DNA of 64,000 nucleotides from a virus. Positions 51,071 to 59,740 of this stretch are shown piece by piece. Below the pieces are notes generated by a model, which saw only the letters and a program-made list of their open reading frames with translations, was not told where the DNA came from and did not search any database. Position numbers and translations under genes: made by a program. The stretch is taken from the IMG/VR virus record IMGVR_UViG_3300045806_000063, positions 64,001 to 128,000 of that record; one strand, 5' to 3'. Numbering within the stretch: the first letter of the stretch is position 1; every line of letters starts with the position of its first letter.

Positions 51071-51780
51071 TGGATATTACTCATTTAAAACGTAACCCTG
51101 ATAAAGTTAAAGAGGCTATGAAGGAGGTAGGGGATTCATTAATCGCTGTAAAGCCTTTAAAGATATATCTGCCGGAACATTATGGTAACATAGGGTTCTT
51201 TAACTTAGGTGAAGTAACTACTATGGTAGCTGTCTGGGGTGTTGTAGTAGATGACTACTATGAGTTAAGTGTTGCTGCCACCATAGGCATCACTGCGCCA
51301 TCTAATGTTACTGTAGTGACAATAAATGGCTCTAAGTATTATGAACTCAGTTATGAGAAACATGATAAAATCTGGGTAAACTTAAACATGGTAAAGGTGA
51401 ATACATTATTCCTGATACTATATCAGGAATTTATAGCTAAAGCTAACATCCCATGGTACATGAGCTATGAACAAATTGGACTCATCAGTGAGACTGCTCA
51501 GTTACATGCTGATGCTAATCTAGGTACTGACTCTGCTATTATAGAACTGATGATAAGTGCTACAGCTAGACAGCATAAAGATAAAAAGGAATTTATTCGA
51601 CATCAAGCTAATGTCTCACCTGATACCGTACCAGCGTATATACCTTTAACTTCGGTAGCCTTCCAAGTTACTAATACCTTTGCTAAATTAGCCGGTGGTT
51701 ATTTTAATGAAGGTATGACTAGCGCATTAGTGTATCCAACAACAACCAATGAACCAATTGAAACAATTCTTAGAGAATGA
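51070..51780 (+). CDS. phiKZ gp176-like protein (reported virion-RNAP-associated subunit in relatives)
   Basis: MDITHLKRNPDKV..., PWYMSYE, KLAGGYFNEGMTSALV..., IETILR; directly upstream region of the protease. Confidence 0.6.
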   Translation: MDITHLKRNPDKVKEAMKEVGDSLIAVKPLKIYLPEHYGNIGFFNLGEVTTMVAVWGVVVDDYYELSVAATIGITAPSNVTVVTINGSKYYELSYEKHDKIWVNLNMVKVNTLFLILYQEFIAKANIPWYMSYEQIGLISETAQLHADANLGTDSAIIELMISATARQHKDKKEFIRHQANVSPDTVPAYIPLTSVAFQVTNTFAKLAGGYFNEGMTSALVYPTTTNEPIETILRE

Positions 51781-51788
51781 GGTAACAA

Positions 51789-52124
51789 ATGTCTAACCCA
51801 AGATTAGGATATCGACACACTTTACATATACCAACCGTCATACCTTTAAGTGGCAGTAATAATGCACCAGTCATAACCACTACAATGGTATGGTCTGTAG
51901 ATAATGATGCACTTGCCACTATATCACAAAATGGTGAACTCTTACGGAACTTATCTGCAGACACTGGTACGGTTACAGCTACAGTAACTGGCTTCTATCG
52001 TAACACAGCTAAGGGAGTGCAGGAGGATGTTAAACAATGTCCATTTCGTGGTAGTGTTGCATTTACCTTAATTCCTCTCACTGAACTAGAACCAGTTACT
52101 GATATAAAGATGTCATTTAGTTAA
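51789..52124 (+). CDS. Ig-like (Big_2-type) domain protein
   Basis: VWSVDNDALATISQNGEL...GTVTVTATVT pattern. Confidence 0.6.
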   Translation: MSNPRLGYRHTLHIPTVIPLSGSNNAPVITTTMVWSVDNDALATISQNGELLRNLSADTGTVTATVTGFYRNTAKGVQEDVKQCPFRGSVAFTLIPLTELEPVTDIKMSFS

Positions 52125-52148
52125 ATTATTTACAGTTAGGAGATTTAT

Positions 52149-52472
52149 ATGAGTGAAGAAGAACAACCCTTGCCAACTGATGATAGCATTAGTGTAGGGA
52201 CATATGTAGGTACCGTGCGTAGAATCCCTGTAGGTTTTTGGAGATCTATGTTAACAGGGCCTGATAACAATAGTATCGACATTGCTCGCTTTGGGTTATT
52301 GCTCACTATTGGTGTAGCATTAGGTCTAAGTGTTTATGTGGTCATTATCACTAAGGTATTTGTGATTGCAGAATTTGCACAAGGAATGGCTACTCTATTA
52401 GGTTTTGGTGCAGCTGCTATTGCGGTTAAACACCACACTGAACCCAGAATCGATTCAGTATCACAACAGTAA
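52149..52472 (+). CDS. Two-TM membrane protein (holin-like candidate)
   Basis: Two hydrophobic helices; AGGAG RBS. Confidence 0.55.
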   Translation: MSEEEQPLPTDDSISVGTYVGTVRRIPVGFWRSMLTGPDNNSIDIARFGLLLTIGVALGLSVYVVIITKVFVIAEFAQGMATLLGFGAAAIAVKHHTEPRIDSVSQQ

Positions 52473-52481
52473 TTATCACTT

Positions 52482-52515
52482 ATACTGCAATTGGCATTAA
52501 TGCCAATTGCAGTAT
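52482..52515. terminator. Perfect 34-bp palindrome
   Basis: atactgcaattggcatt|aatgccaattgcagtat. Confidence 0.85.
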
Positions 52516-52551
52516 GTTATGTAGTTTTATTTTTCATAAGCAAAAGAGAGA

Positions 52552-53397
52552 ATGATCATGCGTCACGCAAAAAAACACCAACTGGATAACCTTTATGCAA
52601 TGGTCTGTAAATGGAAGTTGGATATCCTACTGGAAGAACTTAAAAGACGGTCTCAAGAGCCTTTAATTAGCGAACAAGAGATCAACGATTTCAGAACTAA
52701 TATACCTAACCTCACACAGCTCCAACGTGAAACAGTCTTAAAGTCTTTGTATCCAGCTCCAAGCTCTAATAACAACTCTGAATATCATTACTTTAGTAAG
52801 TTAAAAACCTTAGGAGTGGTACGTGTTGAGATATTGAAATTACTCAATGTAAAAAAGGATTTGATCTTACCAGCAGCTCAGACCTCATTTATACATAGGA
52901 CGTTAAATGAAACACCAAGTACTATTCAAACCATGCACCGCCTCCTGCTTAAATATCATCAGATTATTGATTATATAATCCCTAGTCAATGGGAGGTCTT
53001 TAATACCCATATTCTGAACCCTACACTAATTCCAGCTCCACATACTCTGTCTAACCGACTGTACTTTATCCTTCAGTTTATACTCAAAACTCCAGAGGTA
53101 GATACTTCGGAAGTGTTGGAAATGATCAAATTACAAACAGGTATAAAACGTCTTTTTAATAGTGATGGCGAAATCTGCGATGGATTAAATTCCGATAGCG
53201 ATAAGTTTAATAAGGTAGTCTACTGGACGCCTACTGCTATGAACGAGTTTAATAAAATCTATAATGAACTGGTAGGTATACAGCGTGAACTATACGATAC
53301 TCATGGGATAAATTTATACAGAATAGGAGATAACACATGCCAATTGCCGAATACCGTACAATGGCTTATGGCGGGGCCAACCCTTGTAGTAAGCTAG
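52552..53397 (+). CDS. Hypothetical protein
   Basis: 281-aa ORF overlapping the protease start. Confidence 0.65.
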   Translation: MIMRHAKKHQLDNLYAMVCKWKLDILLEELKRRSQEPLISEQEINDFRTNIPNLTQLQRETVLKSLYPAPSSNNNSEYHYFSKLKTLGVVRVEILKLLNVKKDLILPAAQTSFIHRTLNETPSTIQTMHRLLLKYHQIIDYIIPSQWEVFNTHILNPTLIPAPHTLSNRLYFILQFILKTPEVDTSEVLEMIKLQTGIKRLFNSDGEICDGLNSDSDKFNKVVYWTPTAMNEFNKIYNELVGIQRELYDTHGINLYRIGDNTCQLPNTVQWLMAGPTLVVS

Positions 53398-54125
53398 AAA
53401 CAGATAGTAACGGGTATCGTAAATGTATCGTTGGCGCTTTTGATGTAATGTCAAGGAATGGACACCGATATCCTGGAACTGAAAGAGTTTTAGCTCTTTT
53501 TGATGAAAAAAGTCATTTCATGATTGGAGTGAGAGAAGGTAACTGTAGAGGAGAGTCTGATCACCCTAATTTAGTTGGGTTATCAATTCCTCAAAAAATC
53601 CATAGGTTGGAACAGATTGAAGACACTAGAGTCTGTGTGCATCATAAGCGTTTCATACTGGATCATGGGTTAGATGAACATAGAAACAAAGTAATATTAG
53701 TCTACAGTTGGCTGAAAGGTTCTGGTGCATTAGGACATGTAACTGAACAACAGTTAGATAATCCTGACGAGAATATATCCTTTAGTGTACGTTCTTTTGT
53801 TATAGATACCCTGCAGAGTGGGATTAAGCATAAAGAAATAACTAACATTATAACCTATGACAAAGTTAATCAAGCTGGATTATCATTCACAACTAAATTC
53901 GACACAGCAGCACTGCGAAATTCTAGTGTTGGTCTTGAGAACTTGAATGATGATGGTTTTGTATTTAGCGATGCTGATCTAGATCTTGCTATACGTGAAT
54001 CTAGAAGTGCTGGAGTGGGCAATGAATCAAATGTCGCTAGGTTAGTTCAAGTGAAAGATTCATTAGGTTGGACAAAAGTACAATCGATAAATCCAGCTTT
54101 CCTTAACTGGAGATCCACGATATAA
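53337..54125 (+). CDS. Head maturation (prohead) serine protease (phiKZ gp175-like)
   Basis: SRNGHRYP, RGESDHP (His), VCVHH, ISFSVRSF (Ser), ITYDKVN; C-terminal GLEN/GNES candidate self-cleavage sites. Confidence 0.85.
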   Translation: MPIAEYRTMAYGGANPCSKLETDSNGYRKCIVGAFDVMSRNGHRYPGTERVLALFDEKSHFMIGVREGNCRGESDHPNLVGLSIPQKIHRLEQIEDTRVCVHHKRFILDHGLDEHRNKVILVYSWLKGSGALGHVTEQQLDNPDENISFSVRSFVIDTLQSGIKHKEITNIITYDKVNQAGLSFTTKFDTAALRNSSVGLENLNDDGFVFSDADLDLAIRESRSAGVGNESNVARLVQVKDSLGWTKVQSINPAFLNWRSTI

Positions 54126-54134
54126 GTCTTATTA

Positions 54135-54170
54135 CATTATCACTCCAGCATTAATGCTGGAGTGATAATG
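54135..54170. terminator. Perfect 36-bp palindrome
   Basis: cattatcactccagcatt|aatgctggagtgataatg. Confidence 0.85.
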
Positions 54171-54189
54171 GTATATTCAAAATTTTTTC

Positions 54190-54274
54190 AAACATACATT
54201 ATCTAGATGAGATTACTAAATGGTTTTCTTAAGTAGCTATTCTTTTAATAGCAAATTAGATTGGAGATAAGATT
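54190..54274 (+). promoter_or_regulatory. Conserved cassette leader copy C
   Basis: aaacatacattatctagatgagattactaaat...ttcttaagtagctattcttttaatagcaaattagattggag. Confidence 0.85.
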
Positions 54275-54556
54275 ATGAGTACAGTACAACCTGCACGTGT
54301 ATTAACTATGACCCGCATGACAGTATTAAATATCGTATTTATCCACTTTTACCTCCGGACGGAAAATGGACCAGCGATGGTCGGACATGCCGCAGTGCGG
54401 CCAGGAGAGAACTATGGAGTAGTGGTACGTCTGTACCACTACCTAATGGGGATAACTGACGAGGCCATGGCCGGCCGCCTGGCCGCACCTTTCATAGATG
54501 ACGACTCGGAGGGGTGGGAGGAAGTAACGATAGAACAATTAGCGGCTAATAGCTAG
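54275..54556 (+). CDS. Hypothetical cassette gene C (GC-richer)
   Basis: RBS in the conserved leader; starts MST like cassette A. Confidence 0.75.
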   Translation: MSTVQPARVLTMTRMTVLNIVFIHFYLRTENGPAMVGHAAVRPGENYGVVVRLYHYLMGITDEAMAGRLAAPFIDDDSEGWEEVTIEQLAANS

Positions 54557-54580
54557 CCACTAATTGCTCGATCGCAGACA

Positions 54581-54602
54581 GAGGAGATCCTAGGATCTCC
54601 TC
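54581..54602. terminator. Perfect 22-bp palindrome, CCTAGG centre
   Basis: gaggagatcct|aggatctcctc. Confidence 0.85.
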
Positions 54603-54619
54603 ATTCCTTCCTAATCTAC

Positions 54620-54659
54620 TTATTTTTTTTCTTTTAAATTGAAAACATATATTATCTGA
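54620..54659 (+). promoter_or_regulatory. 40-bp repeated early promoter block
   Basis: 39/40 identical to 41581-41620. Confidence 0.8.
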
Positions 54660-54697
54660 GTGATAGTCCGTAGTTAAATTTATTTTAAATTAGTTAA

Positions 54698-55231
54698 GTG
54701 GTGAATAGAATGAGCGAAACAGAGAAAAGGAAATTAGAGAGAAAAGAACTGTCAGTAATATTATTGGTATTTAAAGCACTGATGAAATATAGCAATGATA
54801 CTGTATGGTCACAGTTTGTTGATATATCGGAAAGAACAATACAGGGCACCGCTCTACATGAGGAATGGTTATCTGTAACGACCTTAGTAGTACATATGCC
54901 AGAATTATATGCCAGATTAGCGGCGTGTGGGCGTGTAGAAGAAATGTCAAAACTAGACCAATTACTATATAACTCGGTTGTATACATGACTGATGGCGGG
55001 GTCGGGTATAGATATGTTTTAACTAACCTCATTACTTCGTGTCATGACGTTCTTTCCGCAACACAACATGACGAATTGCATGTTGATGAAAATTATCATC
55101 AAGCAATAAAAATCTATGAAGAGTTATTGACTCTTTATAGTGTGATAGCGCGGGATACTGGAAATGATCGTAAGGATCCTCCACTGCCATTCGGTATCAT
55201 TGAGGATATAACCATAATGAGACGTGTATAA
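54698..55231 (+). CDS. Hypothetical protein
   Basis: ORF after the promoter block; the start may be ATG 54710. Confidence 0.65.
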   Translation: MVNRMSETEKRKLERKELSVILLVFKALMKYSNDTVWSQFVDISERTIQGTALHEEWLSVTTLVVHMPELYARLAACGRVEEMSKLDQLLYNSVVYMTDGGVGYRYVLTNLITSCHDVLSATQHDELHVDENYHQAIKIYEELLTLYSVIARDTGNDRKDPPLPFGIIEDITIMRRV

Positions 55232-55836
55232 TGTTAGAAAGTTTAATTAGTTTTAAATGTGATCTAGATGCTGGGAGGATGCCTGAATGTTCTCCTAAAG
55301 AAAAAGAAAAATTCCAAAACTTTTCTAAGGAATATTTAACCAAGAAAGGATTGCCGGTGAAGGTCGTCAATGATGACCTTTTTAAGCACGTGGACGGCTG
55401 TAGACAGGCCTACATAGCTTCAGAGTTAACACCACTAACACAGGGAAACTTATCCTTGTTAGGTGATAGTTTTAACCCTGAGGTAGGTATTACTAGAGTT
55501 CACTTAGAAAGATGTATAACCTCAAGAAATGTGATAACTGGATCACACCAACGAAGCGTCCCGATAGAGAACGACTGTGGGGAAATTGGGATTGTACTTG
55601 ATTTAGGCGGTGGACGCTGTAGTCTTCATGCTGGTACCATTAATCAATCGTTTGAAACGAATGACAAAGGAGAAATTAAACGCAACTTCCAGGTTGAGTT
55701 TGATGAGTTATTAGAAATGGTCTCTCTGCTTGAAGAATCTTACACTTTACTAATGGAAAACTGTAAAGGTGAGTTAGGTGATGCAAAGGAAGGTGATCAT
55801 GTAGCGGTTGTTTCTTCAGTAGTAGGGATCTTTTAA
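55231..55836 (+). CDS. Hypothetical protein
   Basis: Coupled ORF. Confidence 0.7.
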   Translation: MLESLISFKCDLDAGRMPECSPKEKEKFQNFSKEYLTKKGLPVKVVNDDLFKHVDGCRQAYIASELTPLTQGNLSLLGDSFNPEVGITRVHLERCITSRNVITGSHQRSVPIENDCGEIGIVLDLGGGRCSLHAGTINQSFETNDKGEIKRNFQVEFDELLEMVSLLEESYTLLMENCKGELGDAKEGDHVAVVSSVVGIF

Positions 55837-55852
55837 ACTCATAGATAATTGA

Positions 55853-55866
55853 GAAATATATTATCA
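55853..55866 (+). promoter_or_regulatory. Putative early promoter
   Basis: gaaatatattatca. Confidence 0.55.
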
Positions 55867-55947
55867 GTATGTCGATAAAAAAATAATATCGATGTCAGTA
55901 ATGTGTAGCAAACAGCTACTCAAATTTAACCAACAAGGATTTATCAA

Positions 55948-56379
55948 ATGACTGAAAATACTACAAATGCTACTGTAACTTCCATCACTTCAAGTCCTGC
56001 AAAAGCAAAGATCAAACATGCTGACGGTATAGTGACCGTCTCCGGTCTGAAACCTGAACAGTTCTTGCCTGAAGGCACTGATGCGGGGGTATTCGGTTTG
56101 GTTGATACAGCTCGCGATAATTTGCTGGCGACCGTACTGAATGCAACTACCGATTATGCTGAAAAGCATAAACTGGTCAATTACAATACCAAACCGATCA
56201 GCCTCGGTGGCGCTACCTCGGCAACACTGTCAGCAGTTGACCATAAGGTCACTTCTGATATCAAGCAGATTCACAATGCTGAATTGCAAGCCGCATATGC
56301 TAAGTCTGATGACTATGCGAAGAAACAACTGGAAGCCCTGAATGCTCCAGCAGTAGAAGAAGTAGCTGAAGCTGCATAA
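55948..56379 (+). CDS. Hypothetical protein, probably highly expressed
   Basis: Own promoter motif, AAGGA RBS, host-like codons (CTG, AAA, ACC), followed by a palindrome. Confidence 0.8.
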   Translation: MTENTTNATVTSITSSPAKAKIKHADGIVTVSGLKPEQFLPEGTDAGVFGLVDTARDNLLATVLNATTDYAEKHKLVNYNTKPISLGGATSATLSAVDHKVTSDIKQIHNAELQAAYAKSDDYAKKQLEALNAPAVEEVAEAA

Positions 56380-56398
56380 ACCCTTACCGGTTGTAAAT

Positions 56399-56436
56399 GG
56401 ATACTCCCACACTACCTAGGTAGTGTGGGAGTATCC
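56399..56436. terminator. Perfect 38-bp palindrome, CCTAGG centre; bidirectional terminator
   Basis: ggatactcccacactacct|aggtagtgtgggagtatcc between convergent genes. Confidence 0.9.
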
Positions 56437-56460
56437 TAACTTACTTATCTTATTTTTTTG

Positions 56461-57369
56461 TTATTCTGCAGGACTTGAAGTGTATCTATTAGGCGCTATT
56501 GTATCTGGAGTAATAGAAGCCAATGTACCAGCGGATGATGCTGCAACATTAGCGTCCATAGTGTTAAGTATGCCTGCAAGTTCTTGTGGTCTAAGATCTT
56601 GCAGATTAAGACTTTGCAAGATTGCATATGCAAACATTAATGGAGCTTGACCTATTTGACTATAAGCTGTGAATGTTAAATCTACATCCACAGACTTCAA
56701 TGATGCTGCAGTTTCTTTATATCCTTTAAGTTCGCCAATGCTGTCAGTGACTTGCCAGTTAGCAGATAACCATGCCTTTAATGGCCTTGTGAGGGTCATG
56801 TCAGGCTCAACAGCCAATACCACGAATGATTGGTCGGCTGGGGTAATTACTGGGCTACCTGCAGCAATGTAATTAGGATTTTGACAAATAGCTGGAGTTT
56901 GTAAATCGGGATCCATTAAATAGATACGAGAAAATTCAGTCCAGTATCGGGTGATAGATTGATTAATACGATCAGCGCCATATCCTAAAACTGGTTTAGA
57001 AGCCGCTCTAGAGGATCTAGTTATTGTTTCCAATACCTCATTAGCATTACCAATTGGAGTGGAGGCGCCATGTTCATTCGTCACTGTCATATCAAAACCA
57101 TCCACTTTAATTGGATAAGTTTCAATCATGTTTTTCAGCCAATCGACTTCTTTCTGTGGATTAGTAGCATACTGAAATAATCTAGGTGCTGCTATTAGAA
57201 ACAGTCTTAAAGGCTGTTGTATATAAATTCCTGATGATGTAAAGGTCATCGGGATAGGCATGAATCCGTTTTGACCATTGATGGACAAATCAGTCATAGG
57301 CGACCTGTATTCGCCAGATAGTAACGGCGTTAATATATTGCTTTGTATAGCAGTAAGTGGTGTTGCCAT
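56461..57369 (-). CDS. Tail tube protein (phiKZ gp30-like)
   Basis: Directly downstream of the sheath. L.AAPRLF, LK.MIET.P.K.DG, MDP.LQ.P, EPD motifs. Confidence 0.8.
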   Translation of the reverse strand: MATPLTAIQSNILTPLLSGEYRSPMTDLSINGQNGFMPIPMTFTSSGIYIQQPLRLFLIAAPRLFQYATNPQKEVDWLKNMIETYPIKVDGFDMTVTNEHGASTPIGNANEVLETITRSSRAASKPVLGYGADRINQSITRYWTEFSRIYLMDPDLQTPAICQNPNYIAAGSPVITPADQSFVVLAVEPDMTLTRPLKAWLSANWQVTDSIGELKGYKETAASLKSVDVDLTFTAYSQIGQAPLMFAYAILQSLNLQDLRPQELAGILNTMDANVAASSAGTLASITPDTIAPNRYTSSPAE

Positions 57370-57382
57370 TTTACATTCCTCC

Positions 57383-59572
57383 TTAGAATGGTGATGTTGA
57401 AGTTACAGTGCCACCAGATAAATTACCTGTACGTGTAGCAACCACTGTAAACAAAGCTACGTCTTTCGTGACTCCGGCAGCTACAGTTAATACATTATGC
57501 CAACTAAAACCATTTTGAGTATCTACTTCTGTGAAGAATGTAGATGACGTTATAACCGCCTTACTGTTATATATACCGTTGATAGCATTGTAAATCAATT
57601 CATCAGATTTATCAATGAATATCTGCTGTGTAGTTAAGTCATCACGACCTACGAGTTGTCTCCATACTTTAGCTTGTTGCAGTGCTAAGTTGGCACAGAT
57701 ATGTCGTATTACATCAGATGTCAAAATCGACGTATCATTAGGGTAGATAGAGTGAATGAATGGGTAGAAATACTGATTCCCCATACCAGACGGTATACAG
57801 TAAATTGCACCATTGTTCCATGCCTCGTTTGCAGATAATGGTGTAAAGTTAGGACTACTTAATGATTTGAAATACTGCACACCGTTATTATCAGGCATGG
57901 TATAATCAAAGGTTCCGCCAACGGACATCACGCCATTACCAGCCCCCATATAAGCTGCTCGTTTCAACAGCATTTCTATGTTTGCAGTCATAGGAGTTTG
58001 ATAACCATCCACCAATAATCCAGCTTGCATAACCAGAGTGGCTCGATAAGCCGGAGTGCCAAAAGTAGGAGATTCAGCAAAGTTAAGAATAGACTGTTGC
58101 AGAATTGCCGCAGCTGATATTTCTTGAGCCTGGGTCAATAAAGGCCCACCGTCTACGTATGTGGCAAGATGGACCGAGGTGTTTTGACGAAGTGCCATCC
58201 ACTGTGGAAGAATTTCTTTAGTAGCAGACCCGAAACCAGTATCGTAAATTTCACTAAATGGATATTTCAGTATATTCGTTGCAGGGCAGGTATCAGTATT
58301 GTAACTGTATTGTGTCCAGTTTTGAATTTCAAGTTCATAGTCTGATGTTAACAAACTACCATCAGTACCGCCCATCATGTAATAGCTATTCCCAGATGAG
58401 AGAATACTCTCTGTTGCATCTATCTGGAATCCATAAGCGGTGCCACCATTAGCATCTGTAGCTGTTAAAAAGTCAAGCATCCAGATACTTGCTGGAGGAG
58501 TAGGGTTATTTGCCACCTCAGCTGCAAACAGCACGTTTAAGAATTCTTCAAGATTACTTTCAAATACAGTAACTGCACCGATAGGGCTAGTTATTGGCGA
58601 CGTACCTGTGTTAAAGCCATCATCAGACCAGTTTGTTACCAGACCTTGTATGGTTAAATTGAGGTTTGTAATTGGGTCATATGCGTTTGGTTTAAACATA
58701 AACTGCAAACTAGCACTACCTTTCAAATCTGGAATGATTAGAGGAGTGGAAGTATTTATGTTTCTGATAATTTGAGCATTAAATAATAACGCTTGCTGAC
58801 TTGCCACGGTACCGGTATTGCCCGGAAGTGGGTTATTAGGTGTAGCAGCCCACATATTGAAACCGAACATATTACCACCGACACCGGTAAAGGAATCCTC
58901 TACCATAAATAATGGGTATGTTATTTGACCTACCGAGTTAGCCCAGGTAATCGGTTGAGTACCACCTGCCCCACCAGTCCAGGTAATTGGCAATCCGTTG
59001 GTTCCAGTCCATGTATCAGTGCTGCTGCTGGTTAAAGTACCATTGAGTTCAGTTAACGACATACTACCTTGTGGTACTACAGTGTAACTAACCTTAACAC
59101 CGCCAGGTACGGGAACTGGAACACCATCTACCATTAATAACTCTGGTTGGTTAGTAGATGCGTTGTAAACTACCTTACCGTTCACATCTCTTTGATATTC
59201 GTAAATATCCGCACCGTGTTCGATTGTAGCAAGGACTACTGCTGATGCTTTTGTCACTGGTGAGCCTCCCACACCAGGAGTCCGAATGATTTTAACCATA
59301 CAGGGATTGCCTTTTTGCAATGTATCAACCAGGGCTTTGGTTTGGTGATTCCAATAAGGTCCTCTTTGATCGAACGCTGCTGAGCCAATTTGCTGCAAGG
59401 CATCTAAATAGCTCATAATAGCAAGAATGTCCTGATCATTCCCGTATGGGGAACGTATCATAAACAATGGAAAATGCTGAGGCTGTAACAAAGATATCTG
59501 AGTAGGGGCTGTCGTACTTTGATCATTAACCCCTGTAAAGGTAAAGCCTGGCAGGTTTGTATTTGTTGCCAT
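57383..59572 (-). CDS. Contractile tail sheath protein (phiKZ gp29-like)
   Basis: GVNDQS, PQHFPLF, G.AAFD.R..YWNHQT, MMGGTDG, YPFS.IYDTGF, GFSWH. Confidence 0.88.
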   Translation of the reverse strand: MATNTNLPGFTFTGVNDQSTTAPTQISLLQPQHFPLFMIRSPYGNDQDILAIMSYLDALQQIGSAAFDQRGPYWNHQTKALVDTLQKGNPCMVKIIRTPGVGGSPVTKASAVVLATIEHGADIYEYQRDVNGKVVYNASTNQPELLMVDGVPVPVPGGVKVSYTVVPQGSMSLTELNGTLTSSSTDTWTGTNGLPITWTGGAGGTQPITWANSVGQITYPLFMVEDSFTGVGGNMFGFNMWAATPNNPLPGNTGTVASQQALLFNAQIIRNINTSTPLIIPDLKGSASLQFMFKPNAYDPITNLNLTIQGLVTNWSDDGFNTGTSPITSPIGAVTVFESNLEEFLNVLFAAEVANNPTPPASIWMLDFLTATDANGGTAYGFQIDATESILSSGNSYYMMGGTDGSLLTSDYELEIQNWTQYSYNTDTCPATNILKYPFSEIYDTGFGSATKEILPQWMALRQNTSVHLATYVDGGPLLTQAQEISAAAILQQSILNFAESPTFGTPAYRATLVMQAGLLVDGYQTPMTANIEMLLKRAAYMGAGNGVMSVGGTFDYTMPDNNGVQYFKSLSSPNFTPLSANEAWNNGAIYCIPSGMGNQYFYPFIHSIYPNDTSILTSDVIRHICANLALQQAKVWRQLVGRDDLTTQQIFIDKSDELIYNAINGIYNSKAVITSSTFFTEVDTQNGFSWHNVLTVAAGVTKDVALFTVVATRTGNLSGGTVTSTSPF

Positions 59573-59740
59573 AATACTTCCTTAATTAAAGTTTAAAAAA
59601 ATTCACTTACCCTATAGGGGTGCACTCACACACTATAGGTTGGTATCTATATATAACGTAGTCATAAAATAAAAAACATAAACTGACAGAGTTGCCGGAG
59701 ATCTTATGTTTAAATTCATCACCTATATAAGGAGTAATGC

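Noticed and set aside
30915-54274. CRISPR array or tRNA interpretation of the repeated leaders and palindromes
   Set aside because: Copies are >10 kb apart with no repeat-spacer periodicity; no cloverleaf with T-loop/anticodon features recognised.
56141-56872. Short overlapping ORFs around the tube gene end (56141, 56230, 56423, 56669)
   Set aside because: Out-of-frame or antisense overlaps with better-supported genes, or spanning the terminator
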